NCBI GenBank assembly: GCA_951406725.2
Contig: OX597828.1
Span: 73,656,001 to 73,720,000, forward strand
Reading direction: 5' to 3'
Length of the DNA: 64,000 nucleotides
Source: Octopus vulgaris
Taxonomy: Eukaryota
The position numbers and the translations under genes were made by a program. The notes under the pieces were generated by a model. That model was not told the origin of the DNA, ran no database searches, and saw only the letters and a list, made by a program, of their open reading frames with translations. This document shows, piece after piece, positions 14,061 to 28,587 of this stretch (its first letter is position 1; every line of letters begins with the position of its first letter).

Positions 14061-15342
14061 GCCTGTATTTGTTGTTGTGGTTTTCCTGATGTTTCTGGTT
14101 GCGATCGGAATCGTATTAATGTCTGAAAATTGATTATGGTTGTGTAATTACTGTGGCTGATGTTTCCATTAGTGATATTGGGATGGAGCATCATTGGTGG
14201 GGTTTCGGTGGAATTGGTGATGCCACTACAATCAGCCATAATAAACAATATTCAGACAAATATTATTTATTTTGCTGATCGCTGATGTCTCATAGCGTTG
14301 TAGGTTAAACTGCAAATTAGAGACATCGAAAATAACACCATGAGCAGCATCAACAACAAAAACAGCAATAAAAACACCACATCACAAACAATACAACCAG
14401 CATCACCGCCGACAACAATCCTAAGACCACCACCATATCACCACTACCACCAAATACATAACAACATCAAATTCAACAGTGACACCAGAACCAGCAGATC
14501 CACTTACACGCCAATCCAACAGCGACAACAGCAAATACTCACCACCACAAACACCACCAACACTACCATCACCGACAACATGACCACCACCACCAATAAC
14601 AACCCCAACTACATCATCAACACCTTACAAGGGTATCCTTCCTACGATACCCAAACCACCTGCTCCATGAATGGAAAGAGATACGACGGTGCCTCAGCAT
14701 GGCTGCAGCCTAATAACTGAAGCAAGAAAAAGATAAAAGATGTAGTGAACAGATTCGTGTCTAGTCAAGTGGTGCAGGATTCGAACTCACAGTGTCTGAT
14801 CCTGGCCATGTCTTCTCTTCTAGACTGACATTAAAACAAAACTCTCAAGAATCAGAAAATGGACGAACCTAGAAGAGAGAAACTGTTAGACTCTCGCAAT
14901 CTGTGATTCTTCTCTGTAACAATCGCTGGCCTTGGATGCTTTCACCGAGTTCATCTTTGTTGCGAGATGTCGAATGAAGCTTTCCCTCTTCTCATTCTAT
15001 TCATTCTGTAGACGGAATCTTAATATCCTTCACCACTTCTCTTTCACTTGCTTCAGTTATTGGACTGCGACCTTTTGCAGGAGCACCGCCTTCAACATTT
15101 CAAGTCGAACAAATCGACCCCCAGTACTTAACGTTTTTTTTTTCATGTACAGTAAATATTGAATGTGTTACTTTTGCTGAAATACCAAGTTGGAGGACGT
15201 AAACTAATCACACATACACATACACTCACACACATACACTCACACACATATACACACACACATACACACACACATATAAGATGCAGTTGAATTAGGTACT
15301 TAATTTGATGCAGGCCTACACACCTCGAAGTTAGGTGAATAA

Positions 15343-15758
15343 AAAGCAAATAAGTAACAAGTATGTCCATGTATCTGTCCATTACGGTCGTTTCAAGCGG
15401 TTCCATTTAATTGATCAATGAAAACGTTACATCAATTTGATATAAACCGCTCTCCTTGGAATGCAGACGACCGTACAGATTTCCAACATACCGGACACAC
15501 CGTTGTAACTGTTTTAGCAAATTCTTCATCAGTACTAAAATAATTACATTGGTTCTCTTTGCCACAAAAATAGCAAAAAGAAAGAATATATTTATTTTAG
15601 TTCCTAGTACTGAAGAAAAATTTGCTAAAGCAAGCAAAACGGTGAATATATAACGGTATTTTGGGAATCTGTACGGTCGTCTGCATTTCGAGGAAACCGG
15701 TTTACTTCAAACTAACGTAATGTTTTCATCGATCGATTAAATGTTACTTATTTGCTTT
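15343..15758. mobile_element. MITE/foldback-like element with long imperfect inverted arms
   Basis: Arm 15343-15537 is the imperfect reverse complement of 15605-15758 (AAAGCAAATAAGTAACA...TGTTACTTATTTGCTTT; ATGCAGACGACCGTACAGATT / AATCTGTACGGTCGTCTGCAT); no coding capacity. Confidence 0.65.
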
Positions 15759-17220
15759 ATATGTGGGTGTATACAAGGCCTCAGTCAGCCCGAAGTTATC
15801 ATAAAAGATCCTTGCCTAAGGTGCCGTGTACTGGCGGACCTGAACCCACGACCATACGGCTGAGAGCCGAGTTTCTTAACCATGCGCCTTCGCCTTCTTA
15901 ATATACAAATCACCTTCAAGTGATACAAAACTGATTTTTAATCTAGGTTAGTAAACATTAGATGAGAACTTCTAAACCACAGGATGGTTATGGCTGGAAC
16001 GGCTTTGATTTTAAATCTACTTGAACAGATTTGACCTGAAGCTAAAGAACATGAAACAAAAGCATAAACGTTATCTTTTGTCCAAGTTTGTTTCGGCAGC
16101 CCTTGAAATGAGCATGCGCGCTGTGTTGCCTTTTTTTGAATCAGAGGACAAAAACGAAAAGAGGGAAAGAAAAAAAATGAAACAACCACAAGCAAACCTA
16201 AAGTAATGGCACAGTTTTGTTATTTCTTTTGTCGCATAAATTCTTGATGACAATACTCTGTAAAAGCTACGAAAGAGGTATTAATATCGAATGATGCGAC
16301 AGGAAGGAAATTTAGGCTGTATGAATAGGGGAAATAGCTGCAGGACTTAAAATATATTGACTTCCAATTTAACACATCAATATCAATCCGTAAAGCTATA
16401 TTGGTTGAGTGAAATAACAAGTAAACAGGATCTAATAGAGAGAAGTTCAATAAAAGGACAGGTATTGTAAATAGATAAACCCGTAGATTGTTTACCAAAA
16501 ATAACTATCAAACTCAATATATGAGGTCTTGCGAAGTTATGATTAATTATATTTTGCTCCAGCTAAGATCGAAATTATATGAAAGGGCCTATTCAATTGG
16601 ATTTGTTAATGTGCAGTTCTTATCAATATATATACATCGATAAAATGTCACTCATGAATATGAAATGAAATCCTCATCTAATGAAATCGGTGCGGGAAAT
16701 GTATAATTAGCATGCCTGAAGCAAATCTTATAGAAGAGCGGCCAAGAATATTGAATATTTTCTTAAACCATTATATTTTACTCAATAAAGACCATACGCA
16801 CACGCACCATAATTAGCTACACATGTATATATATATATATATATGTTTGTGTGTGTGTGTTTATGTGTGTGTGTTTATGTGTGTGTGTGTTTATGTGTGC
16901 GTATGTATGTACATTTGTATGTGTATGCGTACGCCTATTTGTGTGTGTGTGTGTGTGTGAATGCACATATACACATGTGTATATCTCATTCCTAAATTTG
17001 ACTACTTTGCAATTAATTGACGATTATAGCCAAACTGGCATTCACCAGATGGTATATCTGCGAACAATTATTGCGCTGCACACGCACACAACTACACACA
17101 CACACAAAGACACTCATATTTATATCAAATACATGTATACATATACATGTACATTCACAGATACACACACATATATTTATATATATATATGTATATATAT
17201 ATATAAATATATATATATAA

Positions 17221-17288
<68 letters not shown>

Positions 17289-17332
17289 GTGTGTGTCTGT
17301 ATATGTATATGAGTGTGTGTGTATGCATGCAC

Positions 17333-17417
<85 letters not shown>

Positions 17418-17443
17418 CAGATAGAGATAGATAGATAGATAGA
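17333..17443. repeat. (TAGA)n microsatellite
   Basis: Direct reading. Confidence 0.95.
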
Positions 17444-19151
17444 TATGAACACATACTGGTACAAACAATAGTATTCATGCGCATGCGTATAATATGGTAT
17501 ACCGGTACGTATACGATTTTCGTTTTAGCCGCTTGTGTTTGTAGGAAGGGTCAATGCCGTTGCCCTCTTCGTGGTCTCCAAAACCTGTGTCGCAAATGAG
17601 TTAATCCTGATATATCTTTCAACGAATATAAACAAAGTACGATTAGGCATTGGTAAATAACAGATCAGTTACGTGTTTTCATGCTGTGTTTCGGTCCACG
17701 CAGTCCCAATTTGTCGCTAGAGTACACTTTCAGTTTGCCAAAAGATATTTCCGGAAATGCCAGTATTTCTTATAAACCTCTGATCGCTCATTAAATAGTC
17801 AACAGATTATTAATGCTTCATAGTTTTGTCAGTGTTTATGCGGAGGAAAATTTATCATTAAAATAATGTTGATTATATTATCCTCCTCTAAACCATCAAA
17901 ATCTTATGTTCCACCCTTTAAATTTTGTTTTGAAAATGTAACACCTACTCAAGCGTAATTGTTTCACAACAACATTCCTTATTCAGACGTCAAGAGTCCT
18001 TAAATCTGCATGAAAAATACTCTCTTCTTGTGTTTTACTTGAGCTTCTTGTAATAAATTGTTTTTCCCCATTAATTTTTACGACGAACACTTAGTCTTTG
18101 GTTAATTGTTTGTTACGTAGTGGTTGATATGGAAAACATTATTGAGCAAGGCGAATGAAATTTAGAATATATTTCAATAAATTTTGTTCTGAGTTCGTTG
18201 TCACATCGTTTCTGCATGGGTGTGCCAGCGATTATAAACTGCAGTGTATCCAGGATATACAAACGGTCAACATCGCACACGTATCTCTACGATCTCGAAC
18301 GACCCCTAGCGGTTGGATGCATTATCTCGAGCACAGGTTTTACTGGGAGGCCATACGCAACAAGATTTCTAGGTTGTTGTCTTCTGCGATATATTTCTTG
18401 GCAGTCTTCGGATGTTTTTTAACGATTGCATAACACTGGGAAGAATTCAATGCCAAACGAAAGTTTATACTCACTTCAATTACAGATATACTTCAACTAA
18501 TTAATTATAGGACTGCTAATGTTTCATGGACGGCAGTTTGTTTATTTCCTTTCTTCAACTAATATTATTTAAAAATAAACCTTTTATATCTCAATCCTAT
18601 AAACGTCCATCCGCCACATTTAACAACATTTATAACAGCTATTAGCACTTTAATATATTATTTACTACACGTATGCAGTTTCTAAATGTATAGATATGTA
18701 TGCGTATGTGCAACAGAAATATTGAAAAATATCGGTACGTATTCGTCTCGCTTGTTTCTCACATAAATTTCCAACGTCCTCCGAGATCGTGATGATTTGG
18801 AAAGTAATAGAAGTGTTATTATATATATGTGGAACAATCTCGAAGGTGGTGCCCCAGTTTAGTTCTGATCGTACTTCGATGAGTGAAATCAATAAAAAGC
18901 ATTGAAGGAAATATCTGAAAACTTAAATTAGCAGAAAGAGAAGATTAGCAAAATAAAATTTTTGTCAGGAATTAATTTCGTCCATCAACATTGGCTGCTC
19001 AAATGACAATGAGGATGACAACGTGTCTGGTCTTTAATCCCGACGTGAATTCATACAACATTATGTAGAACGGCGCAGGACATATTCTGATATTTGGAGC
19101 AAATTAAATCTATAGACTATAACGGATTCTGGTCATATGATTATGAATACA

Positions 19152-19186
<35 letters not shown>

Positions 19187-19218
19187 CATATATATACATA
19201 CTTGTTTGTGAATGTGTT

Positions 19219-19254
<36 letters not shown>

Positions 19255-19318
19255 CTTTTCATATTATATATACATTATAAATGTATAATATATATATATA
19301 TATTTATATATATATAAT

Positions 19319-19360
<42 letters not shown>

Positions 19361-19509
19361 TATAGATACCTACATATACATATCAATTATAAATCTTTAT
19401 ATATCGTATATAATATATTACTTTTTATATTATATTATATACATATACACACATATATATGTGTGTGTGTGTGTGTGTTTCCAATGTGTAGAAATATCAC
19501 GAAAAAATT

Positions 19510-19941
19510 AAATACATAGTACCAGGGTGGCAAAAATTCACATAAGTGCCAAGGATGTTACAGCCTACTTATAAAGGTGGAAATTCTGGGATTTAGTGAA
19601 ATGATTTTGTATAACACAGATAAATTAAGAAATGGAGTTAAACGCAGGTGTTATTCAAATTTTTACACTTCTGACATATGTTCCGAAGAAAACATTGGTA
19701 TTATCCCGGAGGGAATAAAATGATGCCAAAGAATGCAATCATCTCGTTAGGGGAAAAAGAAATACAAAACACATCAAGAAGCCATTTTAACAGAATGTGA
19801 TTACCGCGTATATGACGAAGGGGAACGGTGGCAAGTTATTTTTTAAGAAATAATATCTCCGGAATATTAGCAATGTTTTCTTCGAAATATATGTCGGAAG
19901 TATAAAGATTTGAATAGCACCTGCGTTTAACTCCATTTCTT

Positions 19942-19947
<6 letters not shown>
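19510..19947. mobile_element. Penelope-like inverted-arm cassette (decayed)
   Basis: Inverted arms 19621-19711 / 19857-19947; remnant hammerhead 3' half cGAAAtatatgTCggaag near 19882-19900; GGTGGCAA repeated near 19525 and 19828. Confidence 0.5.
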
Positions 19948-20003
<56 letters not shown>

Positions 20004-20082
20004 CAGATGTATATATATATATATATACATACATACAGATAGATAGGTAAATAGATAGATAGATAGATATATAGATAGGTAA

Positions 20083-20142
<60 letters not shown>

Positions 20143-21149
20143 GTACGTGTTTTTACGTTCGCGTGTGCATTCGTAAACATATACATGCATATATCATTTC
20201 ACAGATATGTAGATAGTTAAAGATAACGGCATCTCCTGCGCACTTTCCCTTCTCTCTCTCCCGCTCTCTCTTATATATATATATATATATAAATCTTGAA
20301 CATGTGTACACTCACACACGCATGCGCACATACACACATATATAAGGAGAGAAAGACAGATGTAAAGACACTCGACGTATAAACGCAGTGGGTAGAGACC
20401 TGAAGGAAAATGTAATTATTCCGAAACTAAATCAGATTCTTAAAACTCAGTGAAAAAAAAAATAAAGTAAATTGATACTCTTTAGAAAAAAACAGAAACC
20501 ACTAAATATCTTATAAGTATTTCCAACGGATCCGTCTTGTTATATTGCTGATACATTTTGTAAGCCACTTATATGTAGACCAATAATATCACATCATTCC
20601 TTGCTACATATAAACTCCAAACACTAAAAAAATCCGAGTGAGAAATCACTGAACGATTTAGATTAAAGTTATAAGATATCGCAGAAGTGCAAATGACTTG
20701 CCATTGTATTATACCTGAAAGAGAACGAGGCAGCAATGGAAATTCTACATTGCTTCTCGATTTATCTACGCAATTGTGATATAGCAAATTATTTGTATTG
20801 GCAAATACGTTCAAATTTTAGGTGGCCCCTTCATGCAACTACAACTTTTATGTAACTCCGTCTGCAACAAAATCGAAAGTACTGGAAGAAACCTATGTAT
20901 TTTCTCTCATAGATTGTAGACTACTGATAAGCAGAGATAAAAACTACTAAAGTCAAGTTCTGAGATGTTATTTAAACTCAACAGATATTTTGAGAATCGA
21001 TAATATCAAATGCAACTTTTTCATTCTACGCCCGAACACTTCGGTTTCCTAAATTCTAAAATCAATATCTTGGCTTAACATCTCGCTAAAATTCCTTGTA
21101 TTATCAGCTAAACTATAAATCTTCAGAGATTTTTTCTAATCTTTATAAT

Positions 21150-21889
21150 AATGTACACCTCCAGAGTGGATTCCAAGAAAAAAAATATCGTAGATAAACA
21201 AGACAAAAAGAAAACCAGATACCATCAAAGAAAAGGAATAATCACATGGTATAATCCTCCGTTCACGACATCACAAAATGTTGTATTCCACTCTGATAAA
21301 GAAATACTGCCACGAACAAGAATTAATTACTGCGAAATAATTAACAAGAATTACATTAATTTATTATATTTCACTACACCTTATTTGGCACAGGTTATGT
21401 TGCTCCTAATCAGTTTAATGTGTATCCATCTTCATCGAACAGATACATAAACTGCTGCTCTGACATCAGCCCTGATAATTATCTGTAAAATCCAAATGAC
21501 AATCACAAAATGTGTACCGGGCATCAGTTAAAAATCACAGCTTAACCAAAGCATAGTTCACCGCCACTTCGATATTTTAGAATTAAAATGCCTTCTCGTT
21601 CTTCAATCCAAACAAGTACCAGTTACACCTGATTCTCCAGGCTGATTTGACAATGAAAGCTATAAACATACAATGTGACTGAAACTGAGGGATTCTCTCG
21701 ACTGGAGCCTATATTGGTCATAAAAATAAGCAAATTGTAATCTTTGTGCTCCTGAGAGATATGAGTTTGTATTTGGCGAGAAGCTGTAGCTCAATACACA
21801 TTCTAAAATAGTAACAGCTGGATAATAGAGAACATTTTTATTAATTCAGTATTTTCAAACTTTTATTTTCTCTAAACGGCAACTCAAAG
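21150..21889 (+). mobile_element. Decayed Penelope-like element (RT-endonuclease linker and GIY-YIG C-terminal region)
   Basis: RKGIITWYNPPF (PLE IIWFNPPF motif) in ORF 21151-21450; downstream NCNLCAPERYEF...LNTHSKI resembles the PLE endonuclease tail CxLCxxEK...LNxRSE; many stops. Confidence 0.65.
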
Positions 21890-22019
21890 ACACACACACA
21901 CACACACACACACACACTTTGAGTTGCCGTTTAGAGAAAATAAAAGTTTGAAAATACTGAATTAATAAAAATGTTCTCTATTATCCAGCTGTTACTATTT
22001 TAGAATGTTTATTGAGCTA
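21787..22019. repeat. Near-perfect inverted repeat, 103-bp arms around a (CA)n loop
   Basis: 21787-21889 is the reverse complement of 21917-22019 with one mismatch seen. Confidence 0.9.
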
Positions 22020-22034
22020 GAATGTTTATTGAGC

Positions 22035-22092
<58 letters not shown>

Positions 22093-22094
<2 letters not shown>

Positions 22095-22402
22095 AGGCGC
22101 AATGGCCCAGTAGTTAGGGCAGCGGACTCGCGGTCGTAAGCTCGTGGTTTCGATTCTCAGACCGGGCGTTGTGAGTGATTATTGAGCGAAAACACCCAAA
22201 GCTCCACGAGTCTCCTGCAGGGGGTGGTGGCGATCCCTGCTGTACTCTTTCGCCACAACTTTCTCTCACTCTTTCTTCTGTTGGTCTGCTCACTTAGCCA
22301 GCGGGGTGGCGTCATTTGAAGGCTAAAACAATGTGAAGCGCATTGTGACCAGCGATGTGTAGCAACATCTGATAGCCTGGTCGGTCATGTGATCATGTGA
22401 TA
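22093..22402 (+). mobile_element. tRNA-derived SINE, family B
   Basis: GGAGGCGCAATGGCCCAGTAGTTAGGGCAGCGGACTCGCGG...GGTTTCGATTCTC tRNA-like A/B boxes; same head on the minus strand at 50322. Confidence 0.8.
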
Positions 22403-22406
22403 TATA

Positions 22407-22461
<55 letters not shown>

Positions 22462-22660
22462 CATATACATACAAATATATGTGCACACGCATGTGGCACA
22501 GAAAGTGTGTAAATAGCCAGCTGGAGGGGATGTCTTCCTGGGGGCTACAAGGTACAGTAGCATCAATCCTTAAGGGTTAGCCACATTTAGATGGTAAATA
22601 TACTTCAACATATATATATATTTCTACATATATTTGTACATACAGATAATTATAATAAAT

Positions 22661-22906
22661 GTTCCTTCTGGAGCCATGCCAGGCTCCTAAGAGCCGGTTT
22701 CCCAGTTTCAGTGGCGTAGAAATTCCCCACCTGGACGGAACGCCGGTCCGTCGCAGGATTACTCATTTTTGCCAGCTGAGTGGACTGGAGCAACGTGAAA
22801 ATGAAGTGTTTTGCTCAAGAACACAACGCATCGCCCGGTCCAGGAATCGAAACTGCAACACTACGATCATGAGTTCAACATCATAACCACTAAGTCACGC
22901 GCCTCC
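22661..22906 (-). mobile_element. tRNA/CORE-like SINE, family C head with a distinct tail
   Basis: Shares the TTGAGCAA..CACTT..TTTCACGTTGCTCCAGTCCACTCAGCTG core with 43.1, 46.4 and 59.0 kb. Confidence 0.75.
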
Positions 22907-22940
22907 ACACACATAAAAATATAGTAACTCTCTTTCGTAT

Positions 22941-23353
22941 ACTCTTTACTCTTTTTGCTCTTTTACTTGTTTCAGTCATTTGACTGCGGTCATGCTGGAG
23001 CACCGCCTTTAGTCGAGCAACTCGACCCCGGGACTTATTCTTTTGTAAGCCCAGTACTTATTCTATCGGTCTCTTTGCCGAACCGCTAAGTGACGGGGAC
23101 ATAAACACACCAGCATCGGTTGTCAAGCAATGCTAGGGGGACAAACACAGACACACAAACACACACACGCATATATATATACATATATACGACGGGCTTC
23201 TTTCAGTTTCCGTCTACCAAATCCACTCACAAGGCTTTGGTTGGCCCGAGGCTATAGTAGAAGACACTTGCCCAAGATGCCACGCAGTGAGACTGAACCC
23301 GGAACCATGTGGTTGATAAACAAGCTACTTACCACACAGCCACTCCTGCGCCT
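22941..23353 (-). mobile_element. tRNA-derived SINE, family D, full length
   Basis: Minus strand starts AGGCGCAGGAGTGGCTGTGTGGTAAG...GGGTTCAGTC; has an internal TA/CA tract and a short tandem tail; at least 8 related copies in the window. Confidence 0.85.
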
Positions 23354-24515
23354 ATATATATATATGCATAGATGCACACACATATAGATATATTATTACA
23401 CACTACTATTACGCCTGCTACTCTTACTTGTCCTCCTTCTTCGCCTCCTACTACTACTGTTGTTGCTACTGTTGCTGCTGCTTCTGCTACTGCTACTACT
23501 ACTACTCCTACTACTAATTCTGCTGAAATTGACTTTAGCTTTCGATGTCGATAAAAAGATAGCAGTGGATAAGTGGAGTCGATATAATCGATTAGGTCCT
23601 TCTCCGAAGCTTTCAGGCCTAGTGCCCGTAGCAGAATGGATTCTAGATAATATGTGTTGGGCGAGGGAAGTGTCCATGTGCCTACGCACGTGTGCATGTA
23701 CTGATAGATAAAATATTTTTATAATATTTTAGAAAGCTGGAATTCCAGATGTAATAACAGAGAATGCAAGAATTTCAACAGGAACTGGCTGCCAGATTGT
23801 CGAAATAATCTTCACAATGGGATTACTTTATGATTTTACCAGTTACATTGTGTCCCCTTGCCGACATCAACTTTCAAATAAATATAGTGCAACCATTATT
23901 ACAATGAAAAAGAGGGTCTGAATTCCAACAGGAATATTGATTGCTTGCGTATGCACATGAATAGAGACTTATGGGAGATGGCTACGGTCGAGTGAAGATT
24001 CCACTCACCAGCATAATACAGTGTTTGTAGTTTACACACTATTAACTCCGCTTTACAGTATGGCGGCTCTCGAGTGAATTATCGGTTGTTTCGTTGTAAC
24101 ATCAATGATAAATGAAAGAAAGAATTAGTAAAATAGAAATTAAACGAAAATGCGGAGAAAATATAAAAATATATATATGTATATAATATTACATAAATAA
24201 ACATTTGGAAGACATCGTGTTTAAATCCAGGAAAGGGGTGGAGAAAGCAGTCTGAAATGAAGAGATAAGATGGAGATAAATTTGGATTAAAAACAAAATG
24301 GAACCCGATGATATTGGATATAATAGGGAATAAAAGGCTTAATATGAGGAGAGTATCGACCAGTTCTTTACTATACCTCTCCTCTGACTTAACGCATAAC
24401 AACATGTGTATGTGTGTGTGTGTGCGCGTGGAGAGAGAGAGAGAGAGGGGGGAGGAATGTATATATATGTACCTTCATATATGCATTTGGCTCTGTATAT
24501 ATGTATGTATCTGTA

Positions 24516-24570
<55 letters not shown>

Positions 24571-24939
24571 GTTTTACTCCGGTTTAAATATGAATGATAG
24601 ACAATCTAATTTTAGTAAAACTAATTGTAAATTAATTAGCAAATTATAAAATTATAATGAAATTAAATGACAGGTATTAGTGTTCGTTTAAAGTGAAATG
24701 TAATTAATGTAATTAATGTAATTTATGTTATAATTAAGAGGAGAAATAAAATTAAATATTCTAAAATACAATCTGGGAATTTACACGAAAACTAATGAAG
24801 CCACTTTACCATCTTTATCTTCTATCTCGTCTGTGTTTCAGTCATAGACTGAGGCCATGCTGGGGCACAACCGCGAAGAATTTTAGTCGAACGAATCTGC
24901 TCACAGAATTGTTTATAATTAATTATATTTATAGCGAAG

Positions 24940-25440
24940 ATGGATTAGGCAAAGTGAGCTGAGTAAATTGAACTTCCCAAAAGAAGCGAAGCAAAGTGGT
25001 CTATACATACAGGGCTAGGAAGAGAGAGCGGAAGAAAACATTGCCAGGCAAACAAAGCTCAGCAAAGTGAGCTTAGGCAAACATATTTAAGCAAACTAGT
25101 CTAGGCAAACATAGCTAGGGAAGCACTCAGATTTGGAATGGCAAATTGAGCTAGGCAAAATGGCTGGACAAACTGAGTTAATAAGAATGGCTTGGCAAAC
25201 TGCCCCGAGCACAAATGGCCAGAAACACACGACTTAGTAAATGATCTAGGCAAATATGGCAAACTGGAGAGGGAAAACTAAACTAGGTCAACTAAGAGAG
25301 CATGGGTAAAAGGTAAACTGAATTAGGCAAATATTGCTAATGAACTTGAAATAGGCAAACTCATCTAGGTTAACTGAGCTAAACGAACATGGCTACGCAG
25401 AGAGAGTTTGGTAAATACGGCAAGGTAAATGAACTAGGGA
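24940..25440. repeat. Degenerate 14-15 bp minisatellite with a (CT)AGGCAAA core
   Basis: Many spaced variants: TAGGCAAAGTGAGC, TAGGCAAACATAG, TGGCAAATTGAGC, TAGGCAAAATGGC, TAGGCAAACTCATC. Confidence 0.65.
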
Positions 25441-26304
25441 GCTATTTGCGTGTTGTCTTGTAAATGATACAAGATCTCTAGGCACAGAAGTTTTAACAAG
25501 GCTACAATAACCCTGTGTTAAAAGTAAAACTTAGTTGACTTTAAGTATTTCCTGCACAAAAGCAAAGCTGTACCAAAAAATCGTCATTGTAGTATTTTTT
25601 TTCTTCAACATCTATAACTAGTTCCAGCTCTCATCCTAGGTTTATATTTTCACGCCTCCTTCACAATCTTATCTTTCCTCTTTCTCCCGATATAGTTTAT
25701 TTCAGTCAAATATAATACGATGCCAGTTTTTATTTTTTTCTAAGGGACAGTTGCAACATGTTATACGGACTGAATGAGCAATATGCTACATATGGACCCA
25801 TACATTCCCACTGTTGCATTCTTCGGGGAATTTTCGTTGGTTTTTCTTTTCATATTTAACAAACAGAATCCTTTTTTTTTTAACTGATAATGTCTTATCA
25901 ATGGTAAATTATATTTTTGTGCGTTTGTGTTCGCTTTTTTTAAACTTTGCTATATATCTTCCAAACCATTAATGCTTTATTTCATATTTCATTGATGTAA
26001 TGATGGATCAGACAAATATTCCAAGACACTGGATAATGAAAGTAGAAATAAAAGCCATTGCTTCTAACTTGCAGCGGAAAAAAATACCATTTTCAACCAG
26101 AAGGAAGCAGTTCATTCATGTGCGTTACAAAATAGCTTCTCTTGCCAAACAATAAAAAAACAAAATACAACAGAGCGAAACAAAACTATAACGAAACAAT
26201 ACAAAACAAATCTATCTTTGTCATATTATTTCTAGTTCATGTGCTGGTGCGTGTGCATAGACATTCGTATGTTGGTATGTATGTATGTATGTACGTATGC
26301 ATAT

Positions 26305-26381
<77 letters not shown>

Positions 26382-26955
26382 GTGTATATATGTATACATA
26401 TATATAATATATATTATATATATATATATAATATCTATATATATAATATATAATATATATATATTTATATATAGTATATATAATATATATAGTATTTATA
26501 TATAATATATATATGATATATATATATATAATATACATGTGTGTGTATGTATGTATGTACATATCTATGTACGTATGTACTTATGTATGTATGCATGTTG
26601 GTGTGTTCAAATATACACAACGTAATTGCGTGTGTTTTGCGCTAAACATATACATATATCTGTACATTTGTGAATTTTTGTGCGTGTGTGTGTGTATAGT
26701 TAGGAATCCTAATTGTTAGGCAACGACTACAACAATTCTAAAGAATACGATGCCATTTACATGTAGAATATCCAGAATTTATTCATAATTTTCATTCAAA
26801 AGCCAGTTAGATTCGGGTATTAAAAGCGCAAAAGTGCTCTTCAGAGAAATACCAATTCTCTAGCATGTGCCTTAATGGTCGAAACAAACAGCAATTTGTA
26901 AAAGAAAAATTATGAAAAACTCCTTTATACATATATATATATGTGTTGCATAAGC

Positions 26956-27044
<89 letters not shown>

Positions 27045-27853
27045 GGTGTGTATGTTATATATACATACATATACATATGTATATAGACTTGTATAAATAT
27101 GTGTGTGGGCGCGCGTGCATAGTTGGAAACAAGAAAATGGGACCCTAACACATGCAAAAATATTCATTTATTTATTTTTTGTTTCGTCTTTACCCCCAAA
27201 CACTTTCAACGAAAATATTGCAAGAAAAACGAAATGCCTAAACAGTGAATTATCGATCGAGATAACACACACAAACACAAACACACACACACACAAACGC
27301 ACACATGCACACACAAACACACATACACACACGGATACAGACACACATTCACACATATTCCCACCCACTCATAAATGCACACAGGGTAAATATGTGTGTG
27401 TATGAGCGAGTGTTGGTATGTGTGTGTGTATGAATTCATGTATGTATATTTTAAATATGTGTGTCTATATACGTGTATTTATGTGTAGAAATACACCCAT
27501 GCATACACACGCACAAACACACACATATATATATGGATATATATAGATATGTCTACGGCTATATGAATATGGATGTATATAGATGCGTCAGTTACTCACA
27601 GAACTTGTTGGATTTGATCCTGGAGATTCTTGCTTGGGCCATCTTAATATAGCTCAAATTCCGCCTTGGTCGACTTTACCAGTCATCCTTTCGGGGTCAA
27701 TATAATAAATGCCCTTCGAGTACTAGGGTAGGCTTAATCGACTTATCCCTCCCCCCACAGAACTTACAGGCCTTGTACCAAAATTTGGAAACATTATTAG
27801 GATTATCATTCTCCTACTCATCATTATTACTATTATTATTACTATTATTATTA

Positions 27854-27924
<71 letters not shown>

Positions 27925-27927
<3 letters not shown>

Positions 27928-28374
27928 TAGTTTTATTTTTATAGCGTGCTTTCACTTCACTACTGAGCGCAGCTCTGTGTGCATTGGGTATGTGCTGTGA
28001 TTTGTTGTGATGCTCTGATGGTTATTGTATGGAAAGTGTTCTGCGTAGGATGTGTGCAGTGCCTAGTAGTGCAATTTTCTGTATGTTATATGTGTTTGTA
28101 AGTCCTGGTGTTTTTGTTATGTATTTGTCTGAATATTTTTTTATCATGCCTAATGCACCTACTATGATAGGAATTGTTTCTGTTTTCAGATTCCACATTC
28201 TAGTTACCTCTATTTCCAGGTCTTTGTATTTTGAGAGTTTCTCCATTTCTTTTAGAGACACGTTTTCATCTGCCGGTATTGATACATCAATTAGAAAGCA
28301 TTTTTTTTCTTCATGATCTCTGACAACTATATCTGGTCTGTTGGCCTTAATTTCTCTATCTGTGTGTATCGGCA

Positions 28375-28376
<2 letters not shown>
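27925..28376 (-). mobile_element. 5'-truncated R4/Dong-type LINE: restriction-like endonuclease domain plus 3' UTR, inserted in (TAA)n
   Basis: ORF 28022-28375 has NRPDIVV...LIDVSIP...KEMEKLSKYKDL...PIIVGALG...QKIALLGTAHILR, the PD..D..KxxKY REL signature; TAA arrays on both sides. Confidence 0.9.
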
Positions 28377-28446
<70 letters not shown>

Positions 28447-28454
28447 TAGTAGTA

Positions 28455-28511
<57 letters not shown>

Positions 28512-28546
28512 AATTATCATCATTATTATTATTATTGTTGTTGTTG

Positions 28547-28587
<41 letters not shown>

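Noticed and set aside
18155-18433. 92-aa complex ORF
   Set aside because: No recognisable motif or splice support.
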